This document shows, piece after piece, positions 12,893-25,894 of a stretch of DNA of 64,000 nucleotides (the stretch's first letter is position 1; each line of letters opens with the position of its first letter). A program made the position numbers and the translations under genes. The DNA is taken from NCBI GenBank assembly GCA_964016885.1, contig OZ024741.1, forward strand, positions 19,778,001-19,842,000. The letters run 5' to 3'. Below the pieces are notes generated by a model, which worked only from the letters and a program-made list of their open reading frames with translations, did not search any database and had not been told where the DNA came from. This stretch comes from Eledone cirrhosa. Its lineage: Eukaryota.

Positions 12893-15513
12893 GCCTCCGC
12901 CTCCACCTTATCCCCCTCGGCTTCCGTCTACACTTCCACCCCTCCCCCGCTGCTTCCCCCTCCATGCAACGTATCCTCACCCGATCCTCACGCCTTCTGA
13001 TGCGCAACTCCATCCGCGCCTCCCGTTCCACCCTCCGCCTACTTGACCACCAACTGACCCCCACCCTCCTCCGCCTTTACTCCACCTGACACCCCCTCCT
13101 CGCCCAAGCCATCCTCTCCTTCATCCACAACCTCAACCACAACCTCTTCTCGTTCCTCAGCTCCACCAAAGCCCGCAAGCTACACCCCCCCCCCCCCATC
13201 CCCATACGCCCACCACTCTCTACCTCTCCCCCTACCCACACCCCTACCCAATTCCCCCCCCCCTTCCCCCCTCACCACACCCTCCCTTCCCTCCCCAAAC
13301 ACCCAAACACCACCCCTTGTTGTCACCATACCCCCTGACCTCCCCCTCTCTGCACCTGAGCGCTCACTCCTTAGTAGAGGCCTTCGCTTCATACCCCACA
13401 CTCCGCTCAGCGACGAGTTCCGCACCCGAACGGAAGTCGAGCGATTCGTGCGACGCACTAAGCTACAGGCACATTTCAGCCGAACGCCACCGGCTCCGAA
13501 CGCCCAGACCCGTTTCTCGCCCTGGGCCGACGACCATCTTCTTGGACGCCGGCCCCAGGGCAATTTAGCACCCTGGACGCCTTCGTCGATGCCAGCCGTA
13601 GCGCAGTAAATCGTTTCGACTTCCGCCACCGTTCCAAACGGCACAATATCTCACGGGCGAACTCCTCGTTCTCCGCTCCCTCCGTAGCCGAGATGATATC
13701 GTCATCAAACCGGCGGACAAGGGAGGCGCCGTGGTGGTATGGCGCGCGGACCTCTACACGGCCGAAGCCCTCAGGCAGCTCTGTAACCCCCTCTTTTACC
13801 GCCCTCTACCCTCCGATCCCACCCCCCTCTACCAACAACAAGTCTCCTCCACCATCAAAGACCTTATCGCCTCCTCCCTCCTCCCCCCACCGCTTCCCAC
13901 CTTATCGTCCGCACCCCCCGCACCCCCACCATCTACTTCCTCCCCAAACTCCACAAACCCGACAACCCCGGCCGCCCCATCGTCTCCGCTTGCAACTGCC
14001 CCACCGAACTCATCTCCGCCTTTCTCGACTCCCTCCTCGCCCCCCTTGTCACCACCCTCCCCTCCCACATCTCCGACACCAACCACGCCCTGCGCCTTTT
14101 CGACTCCTTCACCTACCTACCCGGCCCTCAGCCATTCCTCTTCACCCTAGACATCAAGTCCCTCTATACAGTCATCCCCCACGCCGACGGCCTTCGCGCC
14201 CTCAAACACTACCTCGACCTTCGCCCCTCCCCCATTCCCTCCACCCCACCCTCCTTCGCCTCGCCGAGCTGGTCCTCACCCTAAATTGTTTCTCCTTCTC
14301 GGGTGAGTTTTACCAACAGGTCACGGGGGTAGCCATGGGCACAAGAATGGGCCCGAACTATGCCAACCTTTTTGTTGGCCATGTTGAGGCCCAAATCTTT
14401 GCCCAGTACACCAGCCCCACGCCCGAACTGTACGGTCGTTACATTGACGACTGTATCGGAGCCACGACCCTCACCCGAGAACAGCTCGACTCCTTTCTCT
14501 CCTTCTTCTGCTCCTTCCACCCCTCCCTCCACTTCACCACCTCTATCTCCACCACCCACGTCCACTTCTTAGACATCTCCGTCGCCTTCGACCCCTCCTA
14601 CCACTCCCTCGTCACCTCCGCCTTCTTCAAACCCACCGACTCCCACTCTTACCTCGACTTCACCTCTTCCCACCCCACCCACACTAAACTCTCCATTCCC
14701 TACTCCCAACTTCTCAGGATCCGCCGCCTCTGTAGCCGTGATGCTGACTTCGAGTCCCAGGCCCTTTCCCTAGTCAGCCATTTCATCCGCAGAGGTTACC
14801 CCCTCTCTCGTCTACACCGCTCTCACCCGCGCCCGTGCTATCCCCCGCTCCACCACCCTCACCCCACGCCACCGCATACCCACCCACCGTCTCCCCTTCC
14901 CCATCACCTACCACCCCTCCACCTTACTCCTCCACCGCACCATCCGCCGCCTCTTCCGACGCCTCCAGTCCGACCCCTCCACCTCCCACATCTTCCCAAC
15001 CCCACCACTCCCCTCCTTCAAACGCGCACGCAATCTCCGCACCCTCCTCGTCCACAGCTCCCTACCCCCCAACCCACGCTCTGTCCCCCCCCCCCCGGTT
15101 CCTTCCCCTGTTCTAGGCCCCGCTGCAACACCTGTCCCCACATCACCAACACCACCACCTTCCAGGGTCCCAACGGCCACTCTCTCTCGGTCCGGCATGC
15201 CTTCCGCTGCACCTCCTCCAACCTAGTCTATGGATTTCGCTGCATGGAGTGCAGCGCGACTTATGTCGGACAGACGGGACGTCGCCTGGCGGACCGAGTC
15301 ACGGAGCACCTCCGGGATATTCGTCTCGGGGGCAGTTCCCCCATCGCCCGCCACTTTGGTGGCCCTGGACACACCGCACGCCATCTCACAGTCTGTGGCC
15401 TACTCCAGTGCCACGGAACACCCGCCCATCGCCTTACGGTCGAACAACGCACTATCTTCATCTTACAGACCCACACTCCCCCCGGCCTGAACTCCCCACC
15501 CTTATTCCTTTAG
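12893..15513 (+). pseudogene. PLE RT plus GIY-YIG endonuclease, frameshifted
   Basis: IVIKPADKGGAVVVW, GVAMGTRMGPNYANLF, GRYIDD, HFLDI, KPTDSHSYL, then CSRPRCNTC and LVYGFRC..TYVGQTGRRLADRVTEH. Confidence 0.9.
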
Positions 15514-16697
15514 CGTTCGACCGCCCCCCCCCCCCCCACACACACACTTATCCCCCACTAACACCACTAACACACCCCTCCTTTTAACCGCCCACCCCAC
15601 ACTAACAATACTAACACCTCCACTCCACCCCTCATCTGACCACCCTTCCCCAACTAACATACTAACATCCCTTCCCTCCCCACCTCCCGTATACTAACAC
15701 CCATTAACACCTCTTCACCAAACTACACACACACCAGTACACCACACTCCCTCCATAGAACCACACACACCCTTCTCTCCCCGCTCCACCTACACCCCCG
15801 CTCCACACTCACTCATCCCACTAACAGCCCTACTAATACACACACACACACCCTCCTCACTCCAAATCTCACACCTACCCATCCTCGCCTCCCTACCATT
15901 CCACCGACTGCTGCTATGCCCTTCCGACCACCTCTCAGCACCAACTGACCACAGCACTCCCACTGCTGACCACTTCCTGTTGCGCGCGCACCCCACATCT
16001 CTCCTCTTCCGACCACCGCTTCTTGGATTACCCACACGCGAAATTGACTTCTAACCAAATCTCCAAACGTCCGTGGAACTTACCAACTTTTCAACCACCC
16101 TCTTACGCCATCAACTATATAACTCACCCATACACACACCCCCAAAAAAAATTTTTTCTCGACACGCCACCCACACCCACAACACGCTTAAACCACACAC
16201 ACGTGCTTCCCACCACATATTTACACCCTCAGCCTCCTGATTCCTCTCCCCCCAACCCCCTATCCACACACGCACAGACACTCCTACCCCCCCCCCCCCA
16301 CACACACACACACGCCTCTTCCTGAACATGCAACCCCGTTCTTCCCCCAACCCTCACTTTCACATACACACACACACACACGCACACCTAACCACACACA
16401 CCACCTTCAGCCCTCCCCGCTCGGACACCCCGTCTCCCTCTCCCCACTCCACCCGCCACCACCCCTACTCACCCCACACCCTGCCACCACCTGTTTACCC
16501 CTCTTTTAATTTCAGTTTATTTTGATCATGCCTTTATTTTTAAATTTTCTCATTCCTTGTATTTTGAACATGCTTTATTTTTATTTATTATATTTTTTGT
16601 CTTTATTTGTTAATTTTTCATTCGCACCGTTTCCTTTCGCTATATGTCTCTCCACCACTCCCCTACACACCTTTTGAACTCTGTTCCCACACACTTC

Positions 16698-16735
16698 TCA
16701 CCTGAAGAAGGGCTTATGCCCGAAACGTCGTCCCC
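16698..16735 (+). ncRNA. Minimal type I hammerhead ribozyme motif at the PLE 3' end
   Basis: CTGAAGA A GGGC TTAT GCCC GAAA CG TC; stem I is only ~2 bp. Confidence 0.65.
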
Positions 16736-16819
16736 CACCTACCCCCACTCTCCTGAGCGTGAATTTAATAAACATTTATTGTACTGCCTGTCTGTTCTGT
16801 CCCTGTTCAAATTTTTCAT

Positions 16820-16889
<70 letters not shown>

Positions 16890-16892
16890 TAC

Positions 16893-17010
<118 letters not shown>

Positions 17011-17102
17011 GTGTGTGTATGTATATATATATATATATATATACATATACACACACACAGATATATATATACACACACACGCAGGAAGGAGGGCATCATA
17101 AC

Positions 17103-17820
17103 ACACATACATACATACATGGTGGCTGCCAACTCCTTTTCGACTACTTTATATCCATGTAGGAGAACCCCTACCGATGCGCTGAACGAGTGTGACTTTT
17201 TAGTCCAGCTAGTGACTTGAGAACTCTGGTACAAACACTACACTTGTGACAATTACTGACACATAGTGCTGGGCCCATGGTACCATGTGACGACAAGTGC
17301 AGAGAGGTCTCCAGATATAAAGCAATGCCTGTGCCGTGAAGCACATACATACATACATACATACATACATACATACATACATACATACATACATACATAC
17401 ATACATACATGGTGGCTGCCAACTCGTTTTCGAGTACGGCCACTACTTTATATCCATGTAGGAGAACCCCTACCGATGCGCTGAACGAGTGTAACTTTTT
17501 AGTCCAGCCAGCGACTTGAAAACTCTGGTACAAACACTACACTTGTGACAATTACTGACACATAGTGCTGGGCCCATGGTACCATGTGACGACAAGTGCA
17601 GAGAGATCTCCAGATATAAAGCAATGCCTGTGCCGTGAAGCTTTTATAGTGAGCAAAGGCACTGCACAAAGCCAGTCCCACTCTCTTAACCAAGATGATA
17701 TTTACCAAAAAGAAGAACAAGTCAACATCATTGGATACCATCAGGGTTGCAGGTGTTATATCAGAGTTTTCCTTCTCCTAGAATTCTGCCTTGACAAAGG
17801 CTAAGGGGTCATCTCTCATA
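17103..17820 (-). mobile_element. Internally deleted RTE-derived element with a tandemly duplicated 3' end and (TATG)n tails
   Basis: Minus 5' part has the RTE-like UTR motif CTAGGAGAAGGAAAACTCTG; the 3' part encodes a C2H2 finger [23 protein letters not shown]; ~230 bp duplicated (17118-17342 and 17408-17641). Confidence 0.7.
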
Positions 17821-17902
17821 CATACATACATACATACACACATACATACATACATACATACATACATACATACATACATACATACATACATACATACATA
17901 CA

Positions 17903-17934
<32 letters not shown>

Positions 17935-17941
17935 CATACAT

Positions 17942-20900
17942 AAGTCAGTCAACGCTATCAGTCGCATATTTTGGCGTGGGAGACTATTTATTAAATTTAA
18001 GATGAATACTATCTCCGACAGTAATGCCACAACTACAGTCGTGTTGAATAACTGGTTATTCTTCTAACTATCCCTTCTGAAGACACCTTTTATTCGAATT
18101 CGTAGAGATATCCGACTAAATACATAATTCATTTTACAAGGATTTGCTACAAACAGCATGGCTGAACACAACATAAGAAACCGAAATTATAAATCGCATT
18201 TCTCTTGGAGTTGCGAACTTAATAATGATTTATTTAATTGTTATAAAATGGCAAAAAACAATCCCTCCATTGGCTATATGAATAGAATGAAGCTACACTG
18301 GGACGAAATGCACCCAGAGCTAAATTATTTCACAGCGAAACAATTACGCCAACAAGCGACGTTTGTCGAACGTAAAAATAAGATGAATATTATTAATTGT
18401 AAGTCCCCCACAACAAACATGTTATCAACAACACGTGCTACAGATCGCCATGCTACTAGACTTCCTAGCAGCCAGGTCGAACAGCGCCTTGAAACAACTA
18501 TGCCTGTAAGAAATTTGACACCACGTGTACCACCGAAGTCTACCTCGAATGCTGGGGAAAACACTATCGATAATAATAATAATCGAGGAAATAATAATAA
18601 TAATCGAATAAATGTGACACCACGTATACCATCCGAGTCTACCTCGACTGTTGTGGAAAATACTATCGATAATGATAATCAAAAGTATAAACAATTGAAA
18701 ATTTCCCTCAACGAAATGTTCCAGAGAGAAATTAACACGTATAAATATCTCTCTGGCTGAACGTGTTAAAATGACAATGGTGAATTAAAAGGCAAATAAT
18801 GAAATACTACGTGTTATTGACGAAATAGGGGATGAATATTTACGACGGATAAAAGCCCCAACATTTTGGCAAGTCAATGCCTGTTTATATGCCTGAGCAA
18901 TGACAGTGAAGCATTATCTTGGTGATAGCAGAGATATTAACAAGAACAAAACACCACCAAAAATACCATCATATATAACTAAAATAGAAAAAAAGAGTGC
19001 TGACCTACGAAAAAACATAGGACATGTGACAATGCTCCTTACATGCAAACAAACACAAAAAAACCTCACTCCTCACCAACAAAGAGTGAAAAATAAAATA
19101 GAGACGATGTTTGGTAACAGTAGAACCAGAACTCTCCAATATAAGCTGATCACCCGCAAACAAGAATTGAGAGCTGTTAGCGAAAAACGCCGATACCTGA
19201 AGAAGGTAGATGAGAGAAAAATGCTTAATAAAAGATTCAGACGAAACCAAACATCAGTCTATAGAGATATGAAGGGAAAAATAATAAGTGTCACTGAGGC
19301 CCCATCCCAGAAAGACATAGATTCCTTTTGGAGAAAAATATGGGGTGAAAAGAAGAATTTCAACCAAGATGCAGTGTGGCTAAGAGAAATCCGAAAGAAC
19401 TATTGCTCCTACACTACAACAAAAACATATGAAATAAGTGAGGGTACCCTTGAGACTGTGATAGGAAAACTCCAAGATAAGAAAACACCAGGAAGAGACA
19501 TGATTGTCGGCTACTGGTACAAAAAACTGATATTCTATCGGAGGTATCTTACTGACCTCTACCAACAAGTTCTTAAGGGAGATACACTTATACCAGAATG
19601 GTTGACATTAGCACAAACATTACTGGTCCCCAAGAACAAAGACACCCACTTGGCAAAAAACTACCGGCCTATTGCATGCCAGAACCTGATGTATAAGATG
19701 TATACAGCCTGCCTGAAACTATTCCTCCAAGATCACTGTGAAAATAATAACATCATCACAGAGGAACAAGCAGCTGGAAAGAAAAGGGTTTGGGGATGTG
19801 CTGAACAACTCCTAATCAACAAAACTGCGATGTCAGAGGTGCGACAACTTAGGAGGAATATGACTACAGTCTGGCTGGACTACAAGAAAGCTTTCGATTC
19901 TGTTCCCCACTCTTGGATGATAGAGACCCTCCAACTTGCTAAAGTCCCAGACATAATTGTCAGAGCCATAGAGAGGCTGTCTTCTTCTTGGTATACTATC
20001 CTAAGGTTAAAGACAGAGAGGCAGGACTCTATTTTCACTGATAAAATAAAATATTGCAGGGGTATATTTCAGGGGGACAGCCTCTCTGTGATATTGTTCA
20101 TCTTGTCATTAAACCCCTTGTCCTTTCTGCTCAAGAAATGTGAGGGATACATCATTGACTCACAGGAGGACAGAAATACGAACCTAACCCATAACTTCTT
20201 TGTGGACGATCTGAAACTCTATGCCAAGAACATGGATGGGATGAAGAAAAATCTTGACCTGATTACAACGTTCTCAAAGTATATAGGAATGGAGTTTGGC
20301 CAGGATAAATGCTCATACATGACTGTAAAGCGGGGAAAAACAACAACCCAGTCCAGCAACATTGTCATCAATGGTCTAACTGTTTCACCGATATCTGATG
20401 AGGACTGCTACAGATACCTGGGGATAGATGAGAACATATCCTATAATGGTATCTGTAATAAAGAACGCGTAACCAGGGAATACTACACCCGATTAAGAAA
20501 GATCTGGTCATCGGAACTCTCTGCGCAAAACAAAACGGTGGCTCACAATGTGTTTGCTGTGCCTGTCCTAACACCAACGTTTGGAAGACTCAGTTGGACG
20601 ATAGATGAAATCCGAGCAGTTGATGTTGGAACTCGAAAAATACTGAACAACACCGGAAACTTCCACATCAACAGTGACATAGACCGCCTTTACTTGAAAC
20701 GTAAGCAGGGAGGCAGAGGCCTAACATCAGTCCAGACAACATTTGAATGTCACATCATATCTCTCCGACAACATCTACGAACCTCGAAGCGTAGGAGCCC
20801 GCTTCTCGAGCAAGTATATCTGCATGAAACAAATAAGATCATGAGAGTTGGGAAGGAACTCCTTGAGAGATATTCCCTGTGTGATAATCAAAAACTCACA

Positions 20901-21988
20901 CCCAGGGATGTCGCTCAGCAGTATCGCAGTGAATCCATGGATGAAAAACTACATACCTATCAGCAAAAAATCATGCATGGATATGTTGCCAGGAAGCTCC
21001 AAAGTGAGAGTAATATAGATAAGGAAAGTAGTCTATCTTGGACCAACAACCGCTATATTGGCTCCCACTTTGAAGGATACGCTTTTGCAATCCAAGAACA
21101 GGAGATTAACACGAAATACATGATTCACAAAAGAGATAGGGATGCAGGCAAAACACCTAGATGTGATTACAAGTGCAGACTCTGCAGAACTAACATCGAG
21201 GATATCACCCGTGTCATCAGCAAAGATGTCATCGCGGTACTATCTACCTATGAGGCATGATGTAGTGGCCAAAACACTGTACAATGCAGTTCGTAAAAAA
21301 GATAGCCTCGATAATAAACACATTAAAAGCTACAACAATGTGGAAGACATCCGTGTACATAATATGAAAGAGTACTGGTGGAATGTTCCAGTAAAAACCC
21401 GAATAAAATGCAGGCATAACAGACCAGATATTATGATATGGGACAGGGAGAAGAAAACATGCACAGTAGTGGAAATTAGCTGCCCAGCAGATGCCAATAT
21501 AATATCAAAGATTAGTGAAAAGGAGAATATTTATGCAGAACTGATGAGAAATCTGCAGATACTCCACCCTGATTACACCTTCAGATTTATGCCTGTGATT
21601 ATTGGGGCACTGGGATATGTTAGTAACTGCCTCAATATAAATCTTGAGAAGCTAGGCTTCACAGGAACAGAAAGAACACAACTAGTTAGGAAATTACAAG
21701 TACAATCCATTAATGGAACAGTAAAAATATGTAAAACATTCCAAAAATGTTGCATCTAATAACTGCATATACACATGTACAGATACAAAGCATATACACA
21801 TGCACACATACAACTCAAAGCATACACATCCACACATACAATAACATCCATATCTACACATGCATGCATACATACATATCTACCTAGTTGATGTTGTGTA
21901 AATTCCAATGAGAGAGTCTTGTGTCTATGTTAGAAAACGACTCTCTCTCTATTGGTAAAACTTTGTGAAATTATAAAACCAGAAGAAC
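17942..21988 (+). mobile_element. R4/Dong-clade non-LTR retrotransposon (RT plus RLE), probably full length, in (CATA)n
   Basis: (CATA)n on both sides; single long ORF region with RT and C-terminal restriction-like endonuclease. Confidence 0.88.
18158..21759 (+). pseudogene. R4-type ORF: RT, zinc knuckle and PD-(D/E)xK endonuclease, disrupted by stops and a frameshift
   Basis: NYRPIAC, WLDYKKAFDSVPHSW, GIFQGDSLS, FFVDDLK, YRYLGI, RKQGGRGL, CRLC, RHDVVAK, HNRPDIMIWD..VVEISCP. Confidence 0.9.
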
Positions 21989-22220
21989 ATACATACATAC
22001 ATATATACATATATATATGACATTTGTTTAAGAAATTTTCAACGATATGTGGAACGTGTCGAGTTATCTAAACATACAAAAGTACACACACGTATATATG
22101 CATACACATATACGTATACGTGTATATGTATATACATATATGTATATATGTCTGTGTGATGGTGTGAGTGTGAGTTTGCGTGTATAATATGTACATAGTA
22201 TATATACATATATCTAATAC

Positions 22221-22274
<54 letters not shown>

Positions 22275-22794
22275 GACGTAAAATAAGAAAATATTTTTTT
22301 TTTTTTTTTTTTTTTAAATTTAAAAAAAATTTTTTTTCTTACTTAAATTTTCACTCCAACTAATTAGTTTCTGCAATGGGATAAAGACATTCTCCTGCAT
22401 TGAACCACCTAGGTACTATGACATAACCTGTGTATTTGCTGGCATGGGCGTGCATCTGTGCGCTTATGTTAGTTGATATATTAAATTATCTATATTTATC
22501 TCCAAATCACTGATTTGTCGAGCAAACTTGTCAAAACCACTTCTAAAAAAAAAAAAAAAAAAAAAAATTTTTTTTGGGGTGTTAGTAGGCGTCAGTCATC
22601 TTACCATCCCATTCCTTCTAACTAGCCTCTGTGTCACGTGATTGATTCTTTAGAATCGGCCATTTGACTTGAAGCAGTGAGAATTTCGGTACATAGAATC
22701 CAGTCCTCGCAAGCTGTTCGATCTACCGAATTATTATTATTTTTATATGAGCCGCCAGTGTCCGCGCATTGCCTGGAGACTTAACTGAGAATAG

Positions 22795-22876
22795 ACTTCC
22801 TGATGACGCAATGAATTCTCGACAGTTGGATTACGTAACTGTCTTTATCCCATTGCAGAAACTAATTAGTTGGAGT
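22795..22876 (+). ncRNA. Type I hammerhead ribozyme (family A, copy 1)
   Basis: Stem I ACTTC/GGAGT; CTGATGA; stem II GCAATG/CATTGC extended by GACAGTT/AACTGTC; GAAA; palindromic CTAATTAG; GUU site. Confidence 0.85.
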
Positions 22877-23367
22877 GAAAATTTAAGTAAGAAAAAAATT
22901 TTTTTTAAATTTTAAAAAAAAAAAAAAAAAAAAAAATATTTTCTTATTTTACGTCCTTTATATTATTGTTCTGCATTCTCCTGCATTGAACCACCTAGGT
23001 ACTATGACATAACCTGTGTATTTGCTGGCATGGGCGTGCATCTGTGCGCTTATGTTAGTTGATATATTAAATTATCTATATTTATCTCCAAATCACTGAT
23101 TTGTCGAGCAAACTTGTCAAAACCACTTCTAAAAAAAAAATTTTTTTTGGGGTGTTAGTAGGCGTCAGTCATCTTACCATCCCATTCCTTCTAACTAGCC
23201 TCTGTGTCACGTGATTGATTCTTTAGAATCGGCCATTTGACTTGAAGCAGTGAGAATTTCGGTACATAGAATCCAGTCCTCGCAAGCTGTTCGATCTACC
23301 GAATTATTATTATTTTTATATGAGCCGCCAGTGTCCGCGCATTGCCTGGAGACTTAACTGAGAATAG

Positions 23368-23449
23368 ACTTCCTGATGACGCAATGAATTCTCGACAGTT
23401 GGATTACGTAACTGTCTTTATCCCATTGCAGAAACTAATTAGTTGGAGT
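23368..23449 (+). ncRNA. Type I hammerhead ribozyme (family A, copy 2)
   Basis: Identical to 22795-22876, 573 bp downstream. Confidence 0.85.
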
Positions 23450-23940
23450 GAAAATTTAAGTAAGAAAAAAATTTTTTTTAAATTTAAAAAAAAAAAAAAA
23501 AAAAATATTTTCTTATTTTACGTCCTTTATATTATTGTTCTGCATTCTCCTGCATTGAACCACCTAGGTACTATGACATAACCTGTGTATTTGCTGGCAT
23601 GGGCGTGCATCTGTGCGCTTATGTTAGTTGATATATTAAATTATCTATATTTATCTCCAAATCACTGATTTGTCGAGCAAACTTGTCAAAACCACTTCTA
23701 AAAAAAAAAAAAATTTTTTTTGGGGTGTTAGTAGGCGTCAGTCATCTTACCATCCCATTCCTTCTAACTAGCCTCTGTGTCACGTGATTGATTCTTTAGA
23801 ATCGGCCATTTGACTTGAAGCAGTGAGAATTTCGGTACATAGAATCCAGTCCTCGCAAGCTGTTCGATCTACCGAATTATTATTATTTTTATATGAGCCG
23901 CCAGTGTCCGCGCATTGCCTGGAGACTTAACTGAGAATAG

Positions 23941-24022
23941 ACTTCCTGATGACGCAATGAATTCTCGACAGTTGGATTACGTAACTGTCTTTATCCCATT
24001 GCAGAAACTAATTAGTTGGAGT
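23941..24022 (+). ncRNA. Type I hammerhead ribozyme (family A, copy 3)
   Basis: Identical to copy 2, 573 bp downstream. Confidence 0.85.
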
Positions 24023-24217
24023 GAAAATTTAAGTAAGAAAAAAATTTTTTTTAAATTTTAAAAAAAAAAAAAAAAAAAATATTTTCTTATTTTACGTCCT
24101 TTATATTATTGTTCTGCATTCTCCTGCATTGAACCACCTAGGTACTATGACATAACCTGTGTATTTGCTGGCATGGGCGTGCATCTGTGCGCTTATGTTA
24201 GTTGATATATTAAATTA

Positions 24218-24293
<76 letters not shown>

Positions 24294-24509
24294 TAAATTA
24301 GCGAGAATCGTTTTCAGCTCAGGAATTAACGAAAATCAACGTCCGATATGTGTGGCAAGCGCTCGATGAATCATATGAATCAGAGCTACAACATACGTTA
24401 AGGGCCAAACACACTGAGATGATGGTTAAACATATCATCCGCACAGCCAAAATCAAAACGACCAAGTAATTCGGGTCAAACAATAAAAATATATGTGTTG
24501 ATACTTTCC

Positions 24510-24558
<49 letters not shown>

Positions 24559-24745
24559 ATATATATACAAATATATATATATATATATATATATACAGTA
24601 TTTTCCGTTGTGTTGTAATATAAATATTACACACAGTAGATTGACAGCTCACGTAGAGTTTGCTCGACGGTTCCAGTTGTAGTTCCAAAAGTAATCCGGA
24701 GAAAAATAGAAAAATTTGAATGGATACAGTTTAGTTGAAAGGAAT

Positions 24746-24820
24746 TTATTGACACGTGTTTCTATAACAGTTACATAACCTATTTCAATGTTATTATTTA
24801 CTGTCATTTCATCAGAATAA
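24746..24820 (-). ncRNA. Type I hammerhead ribozyme motif
   Basis: Minus: TTATT CTGATGA AA TGACAGT..ACTGTTA TA GAAA CACGTG TC AATAA (stem I TTATT/AATAA, palindromic CACGTG, GUC site). Confidence 0.75.
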
Positions 24821-25298
24821 TATTACTGAGGGCCTGTTTGGTTTTTATAGAGAATATTAGAAGGGAGGGGTGAAGTTGTTAGAAGAATAGTTGAGGGAGT
24901 GGTTTTTTGATAGCAGTGAGAATTTTTGGTGGCAGTGAGTAATTAGATTCGCATCTGTTGTTTTGACATTTTTATAGAATATATTATTGGTTATTTTTCT
25001 AAATCTATAGAAGGATTAGAGATAGTAAATATATGCGTGGTTGGTTTTGTGTTTGCACTTAATTAACATTCAGTCTTAAATTTTTCTTTCAAGTGTACGT
25101 ATCCTTTCACCCACGCATTCACACACAAACATATTTGCACACCTCTACAAAATACATATACTCACATTCACATAGTAACATGTTCATACTTACATACATA
25201 TACACATGCATATATATATACACACATGTATTCATGTACATACATACGCGTTCATGTGTATACATTTTTATACTCAACTTATCTTTATATACACACGT

Positions 25299-25453
25299 AT
25301 AGACACACACATATATACATACATACTCTAGTCTATGTGTATACATATACATATATATATCCATATCCATATATATATATATATGGATATGGATATATAT
25401 ATGTATATGTATACACATAGACTAGAGTATGTATGTATATATGTGTGTGTCTA
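25299..25453. repeat. ~155-bp palindrome of low-complexity DNA
   Basis: ATAGACACACACATATATACATACATACTCTAGTCTATGTG..CCATAT pairs with ATATGG..CACATAGACTAGAGTATGTATGTATATATGTGTGTGTCTAT. Confidence 0.85.
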
Positions 25454-25739
25454 TATATATATAAGCACTTTAATACATGAATACACTTACATCTAACTAT
25501 ACACATCAAACATATATATATATTTACTTATTTATATACATTTTCACATATATATACATACTTATGGTCGCTTTTAGACACATTCATTATCGCATTTTTG
25601 CACCTATTCTCATCAGCATATCTTTCCATTATTAGTGTGGTAATTTGAGGTTATTAATATACATATATATGTTGAGAAGAGATTGTTCTTATATTTTTCT
25701 AACTATTCTCTATAAAAACCAAACAGGCCCTCAGTAATA

Positions 25740-25860
25740 TTATTCTGATGAAATGACAGTAAATAATAACATTGAAATATTGAATGTCTACATAACTAAT
25801 ACTTTGTAGATAGCAGCTGTTTTCAGGTTATGTAACTGTTATAGAAACACGTGTCAATAA
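25740..25860 (+). ncRNA. Type I hammerhead ribozyme motif with an enlarged loop II
   Basis: Same motif as 24746-24820 with ~45 extra nt in loop II. Confidence 0.65.
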
Positions 25861-25894
25861 ATTCCTTTCAACTAAACTGTATCCATTCAAATCT

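Larger units (their letters stand above)
12891..16820 (+). mobile_element. Penelope-like element (Neptune-like), near full length, very C-rich
   Basis: RT and GIY-YIG coding region, long 3' UTR, terminal HHR and AATAAA; flanked by (TA)n on both sides. Confidence 0.9.
22266..24224 (+). mobile_element. Non-coding tandem array (~573-bp unit, ~3.2 copies) with one HHR per unit and a 5' inverted segment; retrozyme-like
   Basis: Units start at 22388, 22974, 23543 and 24117 and appear to differ only in poly-A/T length; 22266-22389 is the reverse complement of ~22840-22963; (TA)n on both flanks. Confidence 0.85.

Noticed and set aside
17942-18060. HDV-like ribozyme in the R4 5' UTR
   Set aside because: Some pairing (TGGCGT/ATGCCA, GGAGA/TCTCC) is visible, but I could not assign the nested double pseudoknot by eye; needs a descriptor search
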